A DNA stretch of 64,000 nucleotides, taken from contig CAZEYU010000004.1 of the NCBI GenBank assembly GCA_964516395.1, positions 1,348 to 65,347 of the forward strand. The letters run 5' to 3'. The DNA is from an uncultured Candidatus Thioglobus sp. Its GTDB lineage: Bacteria; Pseudomonadota; Gammaproteobacteria; PS1; Pseudothioglobaceae. Position numbers and translations under genes: made by a program. This document shows positions 1-10,867 of this stretch, piece by piece (position 1 is the first letter of the stretch; every line of letters begins with the position of its first letter). The notes under the pieces are model-generated. The model ran no database searches and was not told the DNA's origin. It saw only the letters and a list, made by a program, of their open reading frames with translations.

Positions 1-835
1 GGTTTTTAAATTTCTTCTCACTATTGGCATGAGAAAAATCAACCATGATTTTATCTAGCAAACCCTCATCTTTTAACTGCTGATTGGTTTGTTTAATACA
101 GGCTTTGTCATAATTTGGGCCATCTGCACCACCACGAAGAATGATGTGAGCTGTGTCATTTCCTGACGATGTGTAGTGACTCACACCACCTTCTTTATTG
201 ACAGAAAGCAAGTGATGAGGACTGTTAGCAGATTTAATGGCATCAATAGCAACTCTAAGTGATCCTGTTGTACCATTTTTAAATCCCACAGGGCAAGACA
301 GGGCTGAGGCTAATTCTCGGTGAGATTGGCTTTCTGTTGTACGTGCGCCAATAGCACCCCAAGCAATTAAATCTGAAATATATTGAGGTGTGATTAAATC
401 CAAATACTCAACCGCAACAGGCATGCCCATGTCAGCAATATCCGTTAATAAATGACGTGCAATTTTAAGACCTTTATCAATATTAAAGCTTTCATCTAAA
501 TCAGGGTCATTAATCAAACCCTTCCAACCAATAGTTGTACGAGGTTTTTCAAAATAAACACGCATGACAATAAATAAGTCTTGCTTTAGCTCTTCTTTTA
601 ATTCAGAAAGCTTTTGAGCGTATTCACGCGCCGCCTTAGAGTCATGAATAGAACATGGACCAACAATAACCATTAGGCGCTTATCAGCACCCGTAAGAAT
701 TTCTTTAATAGTTTCTCTGGATTGAAAAATACTGGCTGATGCGGCATTATTTAATGGAAATTTTTCCATTAATTTATTAGGCGGCATAATAGGTGCGCTT
801 GAAGTAATTCTTAAATTATCAGTATTATATTTCAC
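1..835 (-). CDS. aroG: 3-deoxy-7-phosphoheptulonate (DAHP) synthase, AroF/G/H type; runs off the window edge
   Basis: Manual translation from GTG at 835: MKYNTDNLRI...IVGPCSIHD...MRVYFEKPRTTIGWKGLINDPDL; not in the ORF track because it is truncated; isozyme name uncertain. Confidence 0.9.
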   Translation of the reverse strand, partial: MKYNTDNLRITSSAPIMPPNKLMEKFPLNNAASASIFQSRETIKEILTGADKRLMVIVGPCSIHDSKAAREYAQKLSELKEELKQDLFIVMRVYFEKPRTTIGWKGLINDPDLDESFNIDKGLKIARHLLTDIADMGMPVAVEYLDLITPQYISDLIAWGAIGARTTESQSHRELASALSCPVGFKNGTTGSLRVAIDAIKSANSPHHLLSVNKEGGVSHYTSSGNDTAHIILRGGADGPNYDKACIKQTNQQLKDEGLLDKIMVDFSHANSEKKFKN

Positions 836-849
836 GACTTAATATTCTT

Positions 850-1641
850 TTATTTATGGTTTTCAATTAATGCGTAGGCTGAGTGATTATGTATAGACTC
901 AAAATTCTCTGATTCTAATCGATAATAACCAATATTATCATCAGCATTTAAACCCACTGCGATATCACGCACTAAATCCTCAACAAATGCAGGGTTATCA
1001 TACGCTCTTTCAGTAACAACTTTTTCATCTTCACGCTTCAAAATTGCATAAAGCTCACAAGAAGCTTTCTTTTCAGCAAGATCGATTAAATCTTCCAAAT
1101 AGAGTGATTTTCCTTGACTTGCCTTGGCTTTAATCGTAATGTGTGAGCGCTGATTATGCGCACCATATTTAGAGATACTCTTTGAACATGGACACAAACT
1201 GGTTACTGGAACCACTACTTTCATCATAACCTCAGATTTACCCTTATTCAGCTCACCATAAAGAGTAACTTGATAATCCATCATGGATTCAACACCTGAA
1301 GATGGGGCTGATTTTTTTCTAAAGAAAGGAAAATCAAGCGTAATGTGTGCTGTATCTGATTCTAGCCTTTCACGAACTTTATCAATAATTTTATCGAAAT
1401 TCATGGTGCTAAATTCACAAGGACCTTCATTCAAAATTTGAATGAATCTAGACATGTGTGTGCCCTTAACATTTTCTGGCAATGCAACTGTCATAGTAAA
1501 GTTACCTACGGTTGCATTCTTGTTGCCTTCACGATCAACAAAGGTAATTGGGTGAACAATGTCTTTAATGCCAACTTTATCAATGATAATTTGACGTGTG
1601 TCTATTTTATTTTGTGTATCAGGCAAATCACAGGACTTCAT
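850..1641 (-). CDS. folE2: GTP cyclohydrolase FolE2
   Basis: GTHMSRF, TSLCPCSK, AHNQRS, FVED, ESIHNHSA motifs; start trimmed to MKSCDLPD. Confidence 0.95.
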   Translation of the reverse strand: MKSCDLPDTQNKIDTRQIIIDKVGIKDIVHPITFVDREGNKNATVGNFTMTVALPENVKGTHMSRFIQILNEGPCEFSTMNFDKIIDKVRERLESDTAHITLDFPFFRKKSAPSSGVESMMDYQVTLYGELNKGKSEVMMKVVVPVTSLCPCSKSISKYGAHNQRSHITIKAKASQGKSLYLEDLIDLAEKKASCELYAILKREDEKVVTERAYDNPAFVEDLVRDIAVGLNADDNIGYYRLESENFESIHNHSAYALIENHK

Positions 1642-1643
1642 CC

Positions 1644-2015
1644 TTAGGTCTCCGAATAAGTAACTGATGCTCGTGGCGTTTCCCAAATGGTAACTTCCTT
1701 CACTGTAACATCTTGATTATTAATTAATTGACCAACCTCTTCATAGAAATATTTTGCAATATTCTCTGCAGTTGGATTAAGTGTGTCAAATGGCTTTACT
1801 TCATTCAAATATTGATGATCTAAGCGATTAGCCACCACTTTAGTTTGTTTTTTAATATCACGAAAATCAATCGCAATGCCGATATCATTCAATACTTTTG
1901 ATTGAACCATTACCTCAACCTGCCAATTATGACCATGCAGACGTGAGCAATCACCTGGATAATTCCTTAAGCTATGTGCAGATGCAAAATCTGTAACAAT
2001 TTTTAGGACGAACAT
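1644..2015 (-). CDS. queD: 6-carboxy-5,6,7,8-tetrahydropterin synthase
   Basis: SAH...C.RLHGHNW, LDHQYLN, PTAENIA, ETP motifs. Confidence 0.93.
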   Translation of the reverse strand: MFVLKIVTDFASAHSLRNYPGDCSRLHGHNWQVEVMVQSKVLNDIGIAIDFRDIKKQTKVVANRLDHQYLNEVKPFDTLNPTAENIAKYFYEEVGQLINNQDVTVKEVTIWETPRASVTYSET

Positions 2016-2092
2016 ATTCGGAAAAATTGACAAAAGGGTTAATTATACCTATTAGCTAGGCAAAATTACACCCTGAATTAATGAGGAGTTTA

Positions 2093-4330
2093 TTAATCCA
2101 CTGCCTCAATCAAAGCAACATTTTGATAACCTTTTGGCAACAAGTTTCCTCGACGAGCTCTTGAGCTGATATAGTTAGTTAAATCTTGGAACTTTATTGT
2201 CAGATGACGCTTTCCAGCGTACACTTTAAGATTTTGAGTTTCATCTAGCACACAAAGACTGGCCACAAACTCGTCTCTAGATTTTAAATCTTTAGCTGGA
2301 ATTTGAATAAGCTTATTACCCTTACCTTTGGATAATACTGGAAGCTCTGAAATTGGAAATACCAACAAACGACCACGATTTGTTGTTACCGCAACAAATT
2401 GAGTCTCTAGATTGTTAACATTAACAACTTTCATTACCTGTGAGCCACCTGGTAATGTGAGTGAGGCTTTACCCGCTTTTTTCTTAGAAAGTAAATCACC
2501 AATGGTGCTTACAAATCCGTAACCCGCATCAGAAGATAATAAAATATTTTGACTATCCTCACCCATAACAACATCAACAAACTCAGCACCTGCTGGTGGT
2601 GTTAGTCTACCTGTGAGAGGCTCCCCCTGCCCTCTAGCACTTGGCAGAGAATTAGCTAACAATGAATATGACCTACCCGTAGAATCAATAAAAATGGCGT
2701 TCTTATTACTCCTACCTTGAACACTGGTTAGGTGAGAGTCACCTGATTTGTAATTAAGCGTTGTCGGATCAATATCATGACCTTTAGCACTACGCACCCA
2801 ACCCTTATCACTAAGCACTACCGTTACATTCTCAGCAGGAACTAAGTCATCTTCACTAAATGCTTGAGCACTAAGCACATCAGAATTAAGTACAGAACGA
2901 CGCTTATCACCAAAGTTTTTGATAATGGCCTTTAATTCTTTCTTGATATAGGTTTTTAAACGTGCATCGCTAGATAACAACAACTCAAGCTTTTCTTTTT
3001 CTGCTGCCAGTTCTTCTTGTTCAGCTTGAATCTTTTCCTCTTCAAGCTTTGCCAAATGTCGCAACTTTAATTCCAAAATTGCTTCTGCTTGAATATCGCT
3101 TAGCTTAAAGCGCTCCATGAGTATCGGCTTAGGTTTGTCATTTTCTCGAATGATGGCAATCACTTCATCGATGTTTAAAAAAGCAATTAACAAACCTTCA
3201 AGAATATGCAATCTTGCAAGAATTTTATCTAAACGAAAATTTAGGCGCTTAGTAACTACTTGTATTCTATAGCTTAGCCATTCTTTGAGCATTGGAATAA
3301 GCGGCTTTACTTGAGGCTTGCCATCTAAACCAATCACATTCATATTAACGCGATAATTCTTTTCAAGATCTGTCGTGGCAAATAAATGCAACATTAATCC
3401 ATCGATGTCTACTCGATTAGAACGAGGAACAATAACAATTCTTGTTGGATTTTCATGATCAGATTCATCACGAATATCATCCACAAGTGGTAATTTTTTC
3501 GCTCGCATCTGTGAGGCGATTTGAGCAATTACTTTTGATCCAGAGGCTTGGAATGGCAAAGCTTCAATAACAATATCGCCATCTTCTTTAGCGTAAGTGG
3601 CGCGCATCTTAACCGAACCATGGCCGGTTTCATAAATTTGCCTTAAGTCTTTCTCGCTTGAAACAATACTGGCATTAGTTGGATAATCTGGCGCAGGAAT
3701 GATCGACATGATCTCTTCCAAATCAGACGACGGCTTGTCTAATAACTGAATACAAGCATTAACCACTTCGACCAAATTATGTGGTGGTACGTCTGTTGCC
3801 ATACCAACTGCAATACCTGAAGTACCATTTAATAAGAGGTTTGGAACTTGGGCTGGCAGATTTTTTGGCTCTTGGAGCGACCCGTCAAAATTATCTGTCC
3901 AACTAACTGTACCTTGGGAAATTTCTGATAAAAGCAAATCAGCATAGCGAGATAACTTACTCTCGGTATAACGCATTGCTGCAAATGATTTAGGATCATC
4001 CGGTGCACCCCAGTTTCCTTGGCCATCAATAAATGGATAGCGATAAGAAAACGGCTGAGCCATGAGCACCATAGCTTCATAACAAGCACTGTCACCATGC
4101 GGATGAAACTTACCTAAGACATCACCCACGGTACGAGCTGATTTTTTAAATTTAGCTGTTGATTTAAGCCCTAACTCGCTCATAGCGTAAACAATGCGGC
4201 GCTGTACTGGCTTTAATCCATCACCAACAAATGGCAACGCACGATCAAGAATGACGTACATTGAGTAATCAAGATAGGCGCGTTCGCTAAACTCTGCAAC
4301 ACTTTGTTGCTCAAGGCCAATTTGGCTCAT
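2093..4330 (-). CDS. parC: DNA topoisomerase IV subunit A
   Basis: [35 protein letters not shown]; 745 aa, no GyrA box seen. Confidence 0.96.
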   Translation of the reverse strand: MSQIGLEQQSVAEFSERAYLDYSMYVILDRALPFVGDGLKPVQRRIVYAMSELGLKSTAKFKKSARTVGDVLGKFHPHGDSACYEAMVLMAQPFSYRYPFIDGQGNWGAPDDPKSFAAMRYTESKLSRYADLLLSEISQGTVSWTDNFDGSLQEPKNLPAQVPNLLLNGTSGIAVGMATDVPPHNLVEVVNACIQLLDKPSSDLEEIMSIIPAPDYPTNASIVSSEKDLRQIYETGHGSVKMRATYAKEDGDIVIEALPFQASGSKVIAQIASQMRAKKLPLVDDIRDESDHENPTRIVIVPRSNRVDIDGLMLHLFATTDLEKNYRVNMNVIGLDGKPQVKPLIPMLKEWLSYRIQVVTKRLNFRLDKILARLHILEGLLIAFLNIDEVIAIIRENDKPKPILMERFKLSDIQAEAILELKLRHLAKLEEEKIQAEQEELAAEKEKLELLLSSDARLKTYIKKELKAIIKNFGDKRRSVLNSDVLSAQAFSEDDLVPAENVTVVLSDKGWVRSAKGHDIDPTTLNYKSGDSHLTSVQGRSNKNAIFIDSTGRSYSLLANSLPSARGQGEPLTGRLTPPAGAEFVDVVMGEDSQNILLSSDAGYGFVSTIGDLLSKKKAGKASLTLPGGSQVMKVVNVNNLETQFVAVTTNRGRLLVFPISELPVLSKGKGNKLIQIPAKDLKSRDEFVASLCVLDETQNLKVYAGKRHLTIKFQDLTNYISSRARRGNLLPKGYQNVALIEAVD

Positions 4331-4414
4331 TCTCCCCCTGGAAATTCAGAATAAAACATTAAGTTTTGAGCTATTTTAATGCAACTTTTTATCAAGCATG
4401 TTATAAATTATTAC

Positions 4415-5038
4415 TCAAAGACGAGAAATGTAATCAGACAAGTCAGAGAGTTCTTGATCACTCATGTTTTTAATTAAATTCAGCATAGCTGGATTACTAT
4501 TAGTTCGGTAACCATCACGAATCCATTGCAACTGACGTAGCAAATATTGGTAGTGTTGATCTTTAATTTTAGGAAAACTATTAATAGCATCTCCTTGACC
4601 TTTCAGGCCATGGCACCCAGAGCAATTATTTAAATACAGCATCTTTCCACTATCCAGTTGATCACCAGGACCTTTGCCATTATTGCCCACAATAGGTAGT
4701 GTTTGTATATAGCCCGCAACATCGGCAATTGCCTGAACACCCCCTATGGTATCTGGGTCAGAAAAAGGATACATGGTTGGATTTTGTCTGTGTTTATTTT
4801 GTATGTCTTTAAGTTGTTTGATAATCACTGATTTGTGTTGGGAGGCAATCACAGGAAAGCTGCCATTTTCTTTTCCCATGGCATTGTCTAAATGACAAGA
4901 AGCACAAAGCCTGTAGCTATTTTTTCCATTATCTAAATTAGACTCCAATTTCAACGCCTGCTCATAAACATCTTGTGCAATCACACTTGATAAAATCGCT
5001 TGAGAAGCAAAAACAATAAACATAACAAATGACTTCAT
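4415..5038 (-). CDS. Diheme cytochrome c, c4-like
   Basis: Signal peptide; CASCH and CSGCH; each domain has a P-x4-QH motif (PVIASQH, PKIKDQH) and a distal Met. Confidence 0.88.
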   Translation of the reverse strand: MKSFVMFIVFASQAILSSVIAQDVYEQALKLESNLDNGKNSYRLCASCHLDNAMGKENGSFPVIASQHKSVIIKQLKDIQNKHRQNPTMYPFSDPDTIGGVQAIADVAGYIQTLPIVGNNGKGPGDQLDSGKMLYLNNCSGCHGLKGQGDAINSFPKIKDQHYQYLLRQLQWIRDGYRTNSNPAMLNLIKNMSDQELSDLSDYISRL

Positions 5039-5095
5039 ACAAAACCTAGATAAATGGGTAGAATATTCACTAGTTTATTTTAATTTTGCATCTAG

Positions 5096-5848
5096 ATGTT
5101 TGTAAAAAATATTTTATTTCTTATTTCTTTATTTTTCCTTGGTATATCTAGCGCAAAAGAGCTTTCAGTTATTGAGCTTCCATCTGGTGATGAAACAGAA
5201 ATTAGAATTTTCCCAGCCGAAGGAAATACGCTTATTGTTGGTTTTGCTTGCGATAATGGCAAAAGCAAACACGAAGAAGCAACTGCACAAAGTTTGGCGC
5301 AGGATGGTATTGAGGTTTGGATGCCTGACATGCTTAGCACCTACATGCTGCCAAAATCTCGCAGTAGTTACGCAGAAATCCCAGGGGAAGATTTAGCTCA
5401 AATCATCTATGAAGCCATTTCTACTAAAAAAGACGTCTACATTGTTGGCTCAGGTCCTGATACAGAATTAATACTCAATGCTGCTGCACAATGGAAAGAG
5501 TCTTTTCCGGAGTATCAAGACTTAAAAGGTGCAGTCTTGCTTTTTCCACGTCTTAATGATGGTGAGCCTATACCTGGAGTAGAGCCAAAATATGTAGAAT
5601 CTGTTGGTACAACAACTATTCCACTGATGGTATTAGAAGGTGGCAGAACACCTAATCGTTGGGGGCTTAACCACCTAACCAATAAACTAAGTGCCGGTGG
5701 CAGTAACGTTATTTCAAAAGTTGTGCCAGACATTCGCGGATATTTCTTTAAACGCGCCGACCCTAACAGAACAGAAGACGTGGTTACTTCACAATTATCC
5801 GGACTTATTAAAGTGAGTCTTTTTTATCTAAAGGAATCTTCAAAATGA
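5096..5848 (+). CDS. Exported uncharacterised protein, probable degenerate alpha/beta-hydrolase-like fold
   Basis: Signal peptide; homologous to the N-terminal part of 15107..16351; ATGA overlap with the downstream TlpA gene. Confidence 0.65.
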   Translation: MFVKNILFLISLFFLGISSAKELSVIELPSGDETEIRIFPAEGNTLIVGFACDNGKSKHEEATAQSLAQDGIEVWMPDMLSTYMLPKSRSSYAEIPGEDLAQIIYEAISTKKDVYIVGSGPDTELILNAAAQWKESFPEYQDLKGAVLLFPRLNDGEPIPGVEPKYVESVGTTTIPLMVLEGGRTPNRWGLNHLTNKLSAGGSNVISKVVPDIRGYFFKRADPNRTEDVVTSQLSGLIKVSLFYLKESSK

Positions 5849-6357
5849 TCAACCTAAAAAAAATACTAACATTACTGCTATTGGCAATTTCACTATCCAC
5901 TAGCGCTGCACATCTCAAACCTTATAAGGGGTCAATTAAAAGCCCGACGATTAACTTACAAGATTTAAACGGAAAAACCCACACGCTAGACCAATACAAA
6001 GGCAAAGTGGTTTTGGTACAATTTTGGGCAACCTATTGCCCGCCTTGTGTAAAAGAAATGCCATCAATGAATAAATTACAAGACAAGCTTGCTGCAAAAG
6101 GTGTGCCTTTTAAAATTCTAGCCATTGATATGGCTGAAACCAAAGCAGAAGTAGATGCCTTTGTAAAAAAGATCAAGCCAGAATTTACCATTTTAATGGA
6201 TGAATCTGGCTCTAGTATTGGCCAGTGGAATGTGTTTGCAGCCCCTTCAAACTTTATTATTAACAAACAAGGGGAAATTGCCTACACCTTGTTTGGTGGT
6301 GTTGAATGGGACTCGCAAGAGATTATTGATAAAATTACTAATTTAGCTAATCAGTAA
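5845..6357 (+). CDS. TlpA/ResA-family thiol:disulfide oxidoreductase
   Basis: Signal peptide; GKVVLVQFWATYCPPCVKEMP; cis-Pro loop (AAPSNF). Confidence 0.9.
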   Translation: MINLKKILTLLLLAISLSTSAAHLKPYKGSIKSPTINLQDLNGKTHTLDQYKGKVVLVQFWATYCPPCVKEMPSMNKLQDKLAAKGVPFKILAIDMAETKAEVDAFVKKIKPEFTILMDESGSSIGQWNVFAAPSNFIINKQGEIAYTLFGGVEWDSQEIIDKITNLANQ

Positions 6358-9148
6358 AATCTTCGGTAGTAATACACGAACAGAATAAGTTTCTGTCTCC
6401 ATACACATTGTCAATTCTCTTTACTGGCGGGAAGTATTTACTCTGCTTAAGCCCCTCAACTGGATATAATGCCACCTCTCGCGTGTAAGGATAACCCCAA
6501 TCCAATGCCATTTCATATGCAGTATGTGGAGCGTTTTTTAATGGGTTGTTATCTTTATCAAATTCACCACTGATAACCTTTTGAATTTCATTATAAATTG
6601 AAATCATCGCCTCAATAAAGCGATCTATCTCACGCTTTGACTCACTCTCTGTCGGTTCAATCATCAATGTACCAGCCACTGGGAACGACATGGTTGGTGA
6701 ATGAAAACCATAATCCATTAAACGCTTAGCAATGTCTTCTTCAGAAATGCCACTCTCGTCTTTAAGTGGTCGAATGTCAATAATACACTCATGTGCCACC
6801 ATGCCCTGATCGCCACGATACAAAATTGGGAAATAATCTTTAAGTTCATTAGCAATGTAATTTGCACTAACAATAGCAATCTCAGTTGAGCGCTGCATGC
6901 CATACTTTCCTAATAATTTAATGTACGACCATGAAATTGGCAAAATCGAAGCCGATCCATACATGGCTGCTGACACTGCATTAGAATCTTTTTCCAGTGG
7001 ATTGCCCGGCAAAAACTCAGCTAGGTGTGCTTTTACACCAATTGGGCCCATACCTGGACCACCGCCACCATGTGGAATAGCAAAGGTTTTGTGAAGATTG
7101 ATGTGTGACACATCTGCACCAAATTCGCCCATGCGAGTAACACCTACCATGGCATTCAAATTAGCGCCATCTAAATAAACTTGTCCACCTGCATTATGAA
7201 TAATATCGCAGATTTGTTTAATTTCAACTTCAAACACACCATGTGTTGACGGGTAAGTCACCATAATGGCTGAGAGCTTGTCCTTGTGTTTTTCAACTTT
7301 AGCTTTTAAATCATCAATATCAATATTGCCTGACTCGTCACATTTAACAATCACCACTTTCATGCCCGCCATTACCGCACTCGCAGGATTGGTTCCGTGT
7401 GCAGAAGATGGGATTAAACAAATATTACGATCAAAATCTCCACGAGATTCATGATATGAATGAATCGCTAAAAGACCAGCAAATTCACCTTGTGAGCCCG
7501 CATTAGGCTGCAAAGATACTGCATCATAACCCGTTACTTCACACAAAGCATGCTCTAATTCTTTGAACAATTGTTGGTAGCCCATGGCTTGTGCTTCGGG
7601 CACATAAGGATGTAGTTTTGAAAAACCCGGCAGACTAACTGGATACATCTGCACAGCGGCATTAAGTTTCATCGTACAAGATCCCAGTGCAATCATTGAA
7701 TGATTAAGTGCAATGTCTTTATTTTCTAAGCGCTTTAAATAACGCATCATTTCAGTCTCTGAATGATATTGACTAAATACAGGATGAGTTAAATACTCAG
7801 ATTGACGAGTCATCTCAACAGGTAAAGCCATCTTTGCTTCTGATAGTTCGCTCACTGAAAAGACAGCCAAAAGCGCTAATAATTCAGCTTCTGTTGTGGT
7901 TTCATCAACTGCAATACTTAATTGGTTTGAGCTTAATAGACGAATATTAATACCCAATTGTTGGGCATTGCTAAACAATGCTTGAGCTTTATCTGTATTA
8001 ATAGTAATGGTATCAAAAAACTGATTAGCAGCCAGCTCATAACCTGCTGCTTTTAAACTTTCAGCCAAAGAACTGGCCTTAAGGTGTACTTTTGTAGCAA
8101 TGTTTTTTAAACCTTCTGCGCCATGATAAACACCATAAGCAGCGGCAAGCACCGCAAGTAGTACTTGAGCAGTACAAATATTACTCGTTGCTTTGTCACG
8201 ACGAATGTGCTGCTCACGAGTTTGCAATGACATGCGCATTGCCAGATTGCCGTGTACGTCTTGAGAAACACCAATAATGCGCCCTGGCACCATGCGTTTA
8301 AATTCATCACGCGTTGCTAAAAAAGCTGCATGAGGACCACCAAAACCCATTGGTACACCAAAACGCTGAGAGTTACCAATAGCAATATCCGCACCCATTT
8401 CAGCAGGCGTTTTGATTAGTGTTAATGCCAAAATATCACATGCCACAATGGTTAATACATTGTTATCTTTTGCTTTAGCAATATCAGCAGTTAAATCGCG
8501 CACTTCCCCATCAGTGCCAGGTGATTGTAATAGCGCTGCAAAACAATCATCAAGTTCATTACTTTGCACATCCTCAACAACCAACTCAATGCCCAATGGT
8601 TTTGCACGAGTTTGTAAAACGGTAATGGTTTGTGGATGTGTGTTTTTATCAATAAAAAATTTATTAGATTTATTTTTACGATTTGCACGCTTTGCCATCA
8701 TCATCGCTTCAGCGGCAGCTGTTGGTTCATCAAGCAATGAAGCATTAGAAATATCCATGCCAGTTAAATCTATGATCATCTGCTGGAAATTTAACAACAT
8801 TTCCAAACGACCTTGGGAGATCTCAGCTTGGTATGGCGTATAAGCTGTATACCAGCCTGGGTTTTCTAAAATATTTCTCTGAATTACAGCTGGCATTAAA
8901 GTGCCGTAATAGCCTTGACCAATAAAATTGGTTGCCAAAATATTTTCACCGGCTAATTTTGTAGCCAATTCCAAACTATCACGCTCAGTCAAACCTTCGT
9001 CAACTTCCATACGATTGCCAAATAAAATAGAATCTGGCACAGTTTTTGATACCACCTCATCAACACTTTTACAGTTAATGTTATTAAGCATAGAAGCGAT
9101 GTCTTGGGTGCTTGGGCCGATGTGTCTATCTAAGAATTCGTTACTCAT
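6347..9148 (-). CDS. gcvP: Glycine dehydrogenase (glycine cleavage P protein)
   Basis: YTPYQAEISQGRLE, ATSNICTAQ, LGSCTMKLN, HINLHKTF. Confidence 0.97.
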   Translation of the reverse strand: MSNEFLDRHIGPSTQDIASMLNNINCKSVDEVVSKTVPDSILFGNRMEVDEGLTERDSLELATKLAGENILATNFIGQGYYGTLMPAVIQRNILENPGWYTAYTPYQAEISQGRLEMLLNFQQMIIDLTGMDISNASLLDEPTAAAEAMMMAKRANRKNKSNKFFIDKNTHPQTITVLQTRAKPLGIELVVEDVQSNELDDCFAALLQSPGTDGEVRDLTADIAKAKDNNVLTIVACDILALTLIKTPAEMGADIAIGNSQRFGVPMGFGGPHAAFLATRDEFKRMVPGRIIGVSQDVHGNLAMRMSLQTREQHIRRDKATSNICTAQVLLAVLAAAYGVYHGAEGLKNIATKVHLKASSLAESLKAAGYELAANQFFDTITINTDKAQALFSNAQQLGINIRLLSSNQLSIAVDETTTEAELLALLAVFSVSELSEAKMALPVEMTRQSEYLTHPVFSQYHSETEMMRYLKRLENKDIALNHSMIALGSCTMKLNAAVQMYPVSLPGFSKLHPYVPEAQAMGYQQLFKELEHALCEVTGYDAVSLQPNAGSQGEFAGLLAIHSYHESRGDFDRNICLIPSSAHGTNPASAVMAGMKVVIVKCDESGNIDIDDLKAKVEKHKDKLSAIMVTYPSTHGVFEVEIKQICDIIHNAGGQVYLDGANLNAMVGVTRMGEFGADVSHINLHKTFAIPHGGGGPGMGPIGVKAHLAEFLPGNPLEKDSNAVSAAMYGSASILPISWSYIKLLGKYGMQRSTEIAIVSANYIANELKDYFPILYRGDQGMVAHECIIDIRPLKDESGISEEDIAKRLMDYGFHSPTMSFPVAGTLMIEPTESESKREIDRFIEAMISIYNEIQKVISGEFDKDNNPLKNAPHTAYEMALDWGYPYTREVALYPVEGLKQSKYFPPVKRIDNVYGDRNLFCSCITTEDFTD

Positions 9149-9241
9149 GGATCAATTACAATAATATAAATTTAAGCCGTGAATTTTAACCTTTTTTTAA
9201 TAAAAAGTAATATCTAAAAAAGTAAGGGATTTTAACGAGTA

Positions 9242-9345
9242 TTTTTATTTTTTTTACAAGGTAGTTTTTTTTAAATTTGATAGAGCATAGTTAAAACTAT
9301 GTGATTGAAAATTTTAAAAAACTAACGCAGTAAAAAGAAAAAAGA
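9242..9345. repeat. Long imperfect AT-rich inverted repeat between hinT and gcvP
   Basis: CATAGTT(9286)-aa-AACTATG core, flanked by TAGTTTTTT..AAATTT / AAATTTTAAAAAACTA and TTTTTAC / GTAAAAA. Confidence 0.6.
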
Positions 9346-9358
9346 CGAAATTCAAAAT

Positions 9359-9697
9359 TTAGCCTGGTGGCCAAGTTAATGGTCGCCCACCCAAGCAATG
9401 AAGGTGAATGTGGTGCACTGTCTGCCCGCCATCTTCGTTGCAATTCATCACCACACGATAGCCGTCATCTGCAAATCCTAGCTCCTTGGCTATTTTGCTA
9501 GCGGTTAATGTTACTTTACCAAGTAGTTCAGCATCATCAGCATCATTAAGCGTGGCAATGTGTTTTTTAGGAATGACTAAAAAATGCTGCGGAGCTTTTG
9601 CGTCAATATCATGAAAAGCAAACACATCTTCATCTTCAAAGATCTTATTAGATGGAATCTCACCAGCAACAATTTTACAAAATAAACAATCTGACAT
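9359..9697 (-). CDS. hinT: HIT-family purine nucleoside phosphoramidase
   Basis: DCLFCKIV, GQTVHHIHLH, WPPG C-terminus. Confidence 0.93.
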   Translation of the reverse strand: MSDCLFCKIVAGEIPSNKIFEDEDVFAFHDIDAKAPQHFLVIPKKHIATLNDADDAELLGKVTLTASKIAKELGFADDGYRVVMNCNEDGGQTVHHIHLHCLGGRPLTWPPG

Positions 9698-9710
9698 AAT
9701 ACAACCCCCT

Positions 9711-10865
9711 CTATCGATATTGTCTTAAATACCACCAGCCAAATACTTTTTTGGCAACGTGCATTAATCGACAATTTGGCAACATTAAACCACCCTTAAG
9801 TGTTCGAGACACGTACATGCCTTTATTATTTGAATCAACAATGCACATCAGTTCAATCTTAAATGTGTGGCTTGCTGATTTTCCATCTAACACATCAAGA
9901 GCATTTTGTGCTGCAGCAGCCGCTTGAAGATCTGCCATGTGCGCTTGTTTTGGCATCCACTCTGGCCCAGGGAAAGAGCCAGAATCACCTGCAACAAACA
10001 CCTTCTCAGCGCCTTCTACCTGGCAAAATTTATCAGCTTTTAATAGTCCACCTTTACTACGAGCAAGATCAGTCTTGTCAAACCAAGTATTGCCTGTCAT
10101 CCCAGGCATGAATAAAATCAAATCTGCAGCAATCTCTCCACCTTCGGTAACAACCTTATCAGCTTCAAATTTTTTCATCTTATGGCCAAGATGAGTATCA
10201 ATATTGCGTTTTTTCATCTCAGACAATAAGCCGCCTACCGCCTTCTCGCCCAATCTAGCACCAGGCTTTGGCGCAGGGGTAAAGAAAGTTAGGTTAAATT
10301 TATCACGACGACCTTCTGCTTTAAGCTGAGTGTCTAATCCAAATAAAAATTCAAACATTGGCCCACCACGCATGGCGCTCGGCTCTTTAGGATTACCACT
10401 AAATCCAATGGCAATATTACCACCATCCATCGCCTTTACTCGATCACGAATTGCCTCAGCACTAGCCAACCCTTCGCATGGGGTAATGGCATTTTCAATG
10501 CCTGGTAGTTTTTTAATAAAACGACCGCCAGATGCAATAATCAGCGCATCATTCTCATACAGTCCAACTGGGGTAATAACACTTCTTCCACCATTTTCTA
10601 AGCCAGTTACCTCGCTGGCAACATGGTAAACATTCATGCGTTTAAAGAAATTATCCAAAGGAATAACGATATCTTTTTTACTTGCTGCGCCCGATGGCAC
10701 CCAAATCAAGCTTGGCATATAAACCAATTCAGCCTTTGGGGAAATTAGTGTAATTTCAGCTTCTTTATCTTTTTTACGAATAGTTCGAACTGCCGTTAAA
10801 CCGGCAAATCCAGATCCAATAATGGTAATTTTTTTTACGTCTGTACTGCTGTGCGTTGCTTGCAT
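9711..10865 (-). CDS. sqrF: Sulfide:quinone oxidoreductase, probably type VI (SqrF)
   Basis: GSGFAG FAD motif, TPCEG, RGGPMFEF, AGDSG, PKQAHMA, ELMCIVD; ~380 aa; subtype is inference. Confidence 0.75.
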   Translation of the reverse strand: MQATHSSTDVKKITIIGSGFAGLTAVRTIRKKDKEAEITLISPKAELVYMPSLIWVPSGAASKKDIVIPLDNFFKRMNVYHVASEVTGLENGGRSVITPVGLYENDALIIASGGRFIKKLPGIENAITPCEGLASAEAIRDRVKAMDGGNIAIGFSGNPKEPSAMRGGPMFEFLFGLDTQLKAEGRRDKFNLTFFTPAPKPGARLGEKAVGGLLSEMKKRNIDTHLGHKMKKFEADKVVTEGGEIAADLILFMPGMTGNTWFDKTDLARSKGGLLKADKFCQVEGAEKVFVAGDSGSFPGPEWMPKQAHMADLQAAAAAQNALDVLDGKSASHTFKIELMCIVDSNNKGMYVSRTLKGGLMLPNCRLMHVAKKVFGWWYLRQYR

Positions 10866-10867
10866 AT

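Noticed and set aside
5845..5848. Frameshifted pseudogene of the TlpA fusion
   Set aside because: The downstream ORF has its own RBS-like AAGGA and signal peptide; the ATGA overlap is normal translational coupling.
9149..9358. Glycine riboswitch upstream of gcvP
   Set aside because: The region is extremely AT-rich and lacks the GGAGA/CCGAAG/CTCAGG core motifs.
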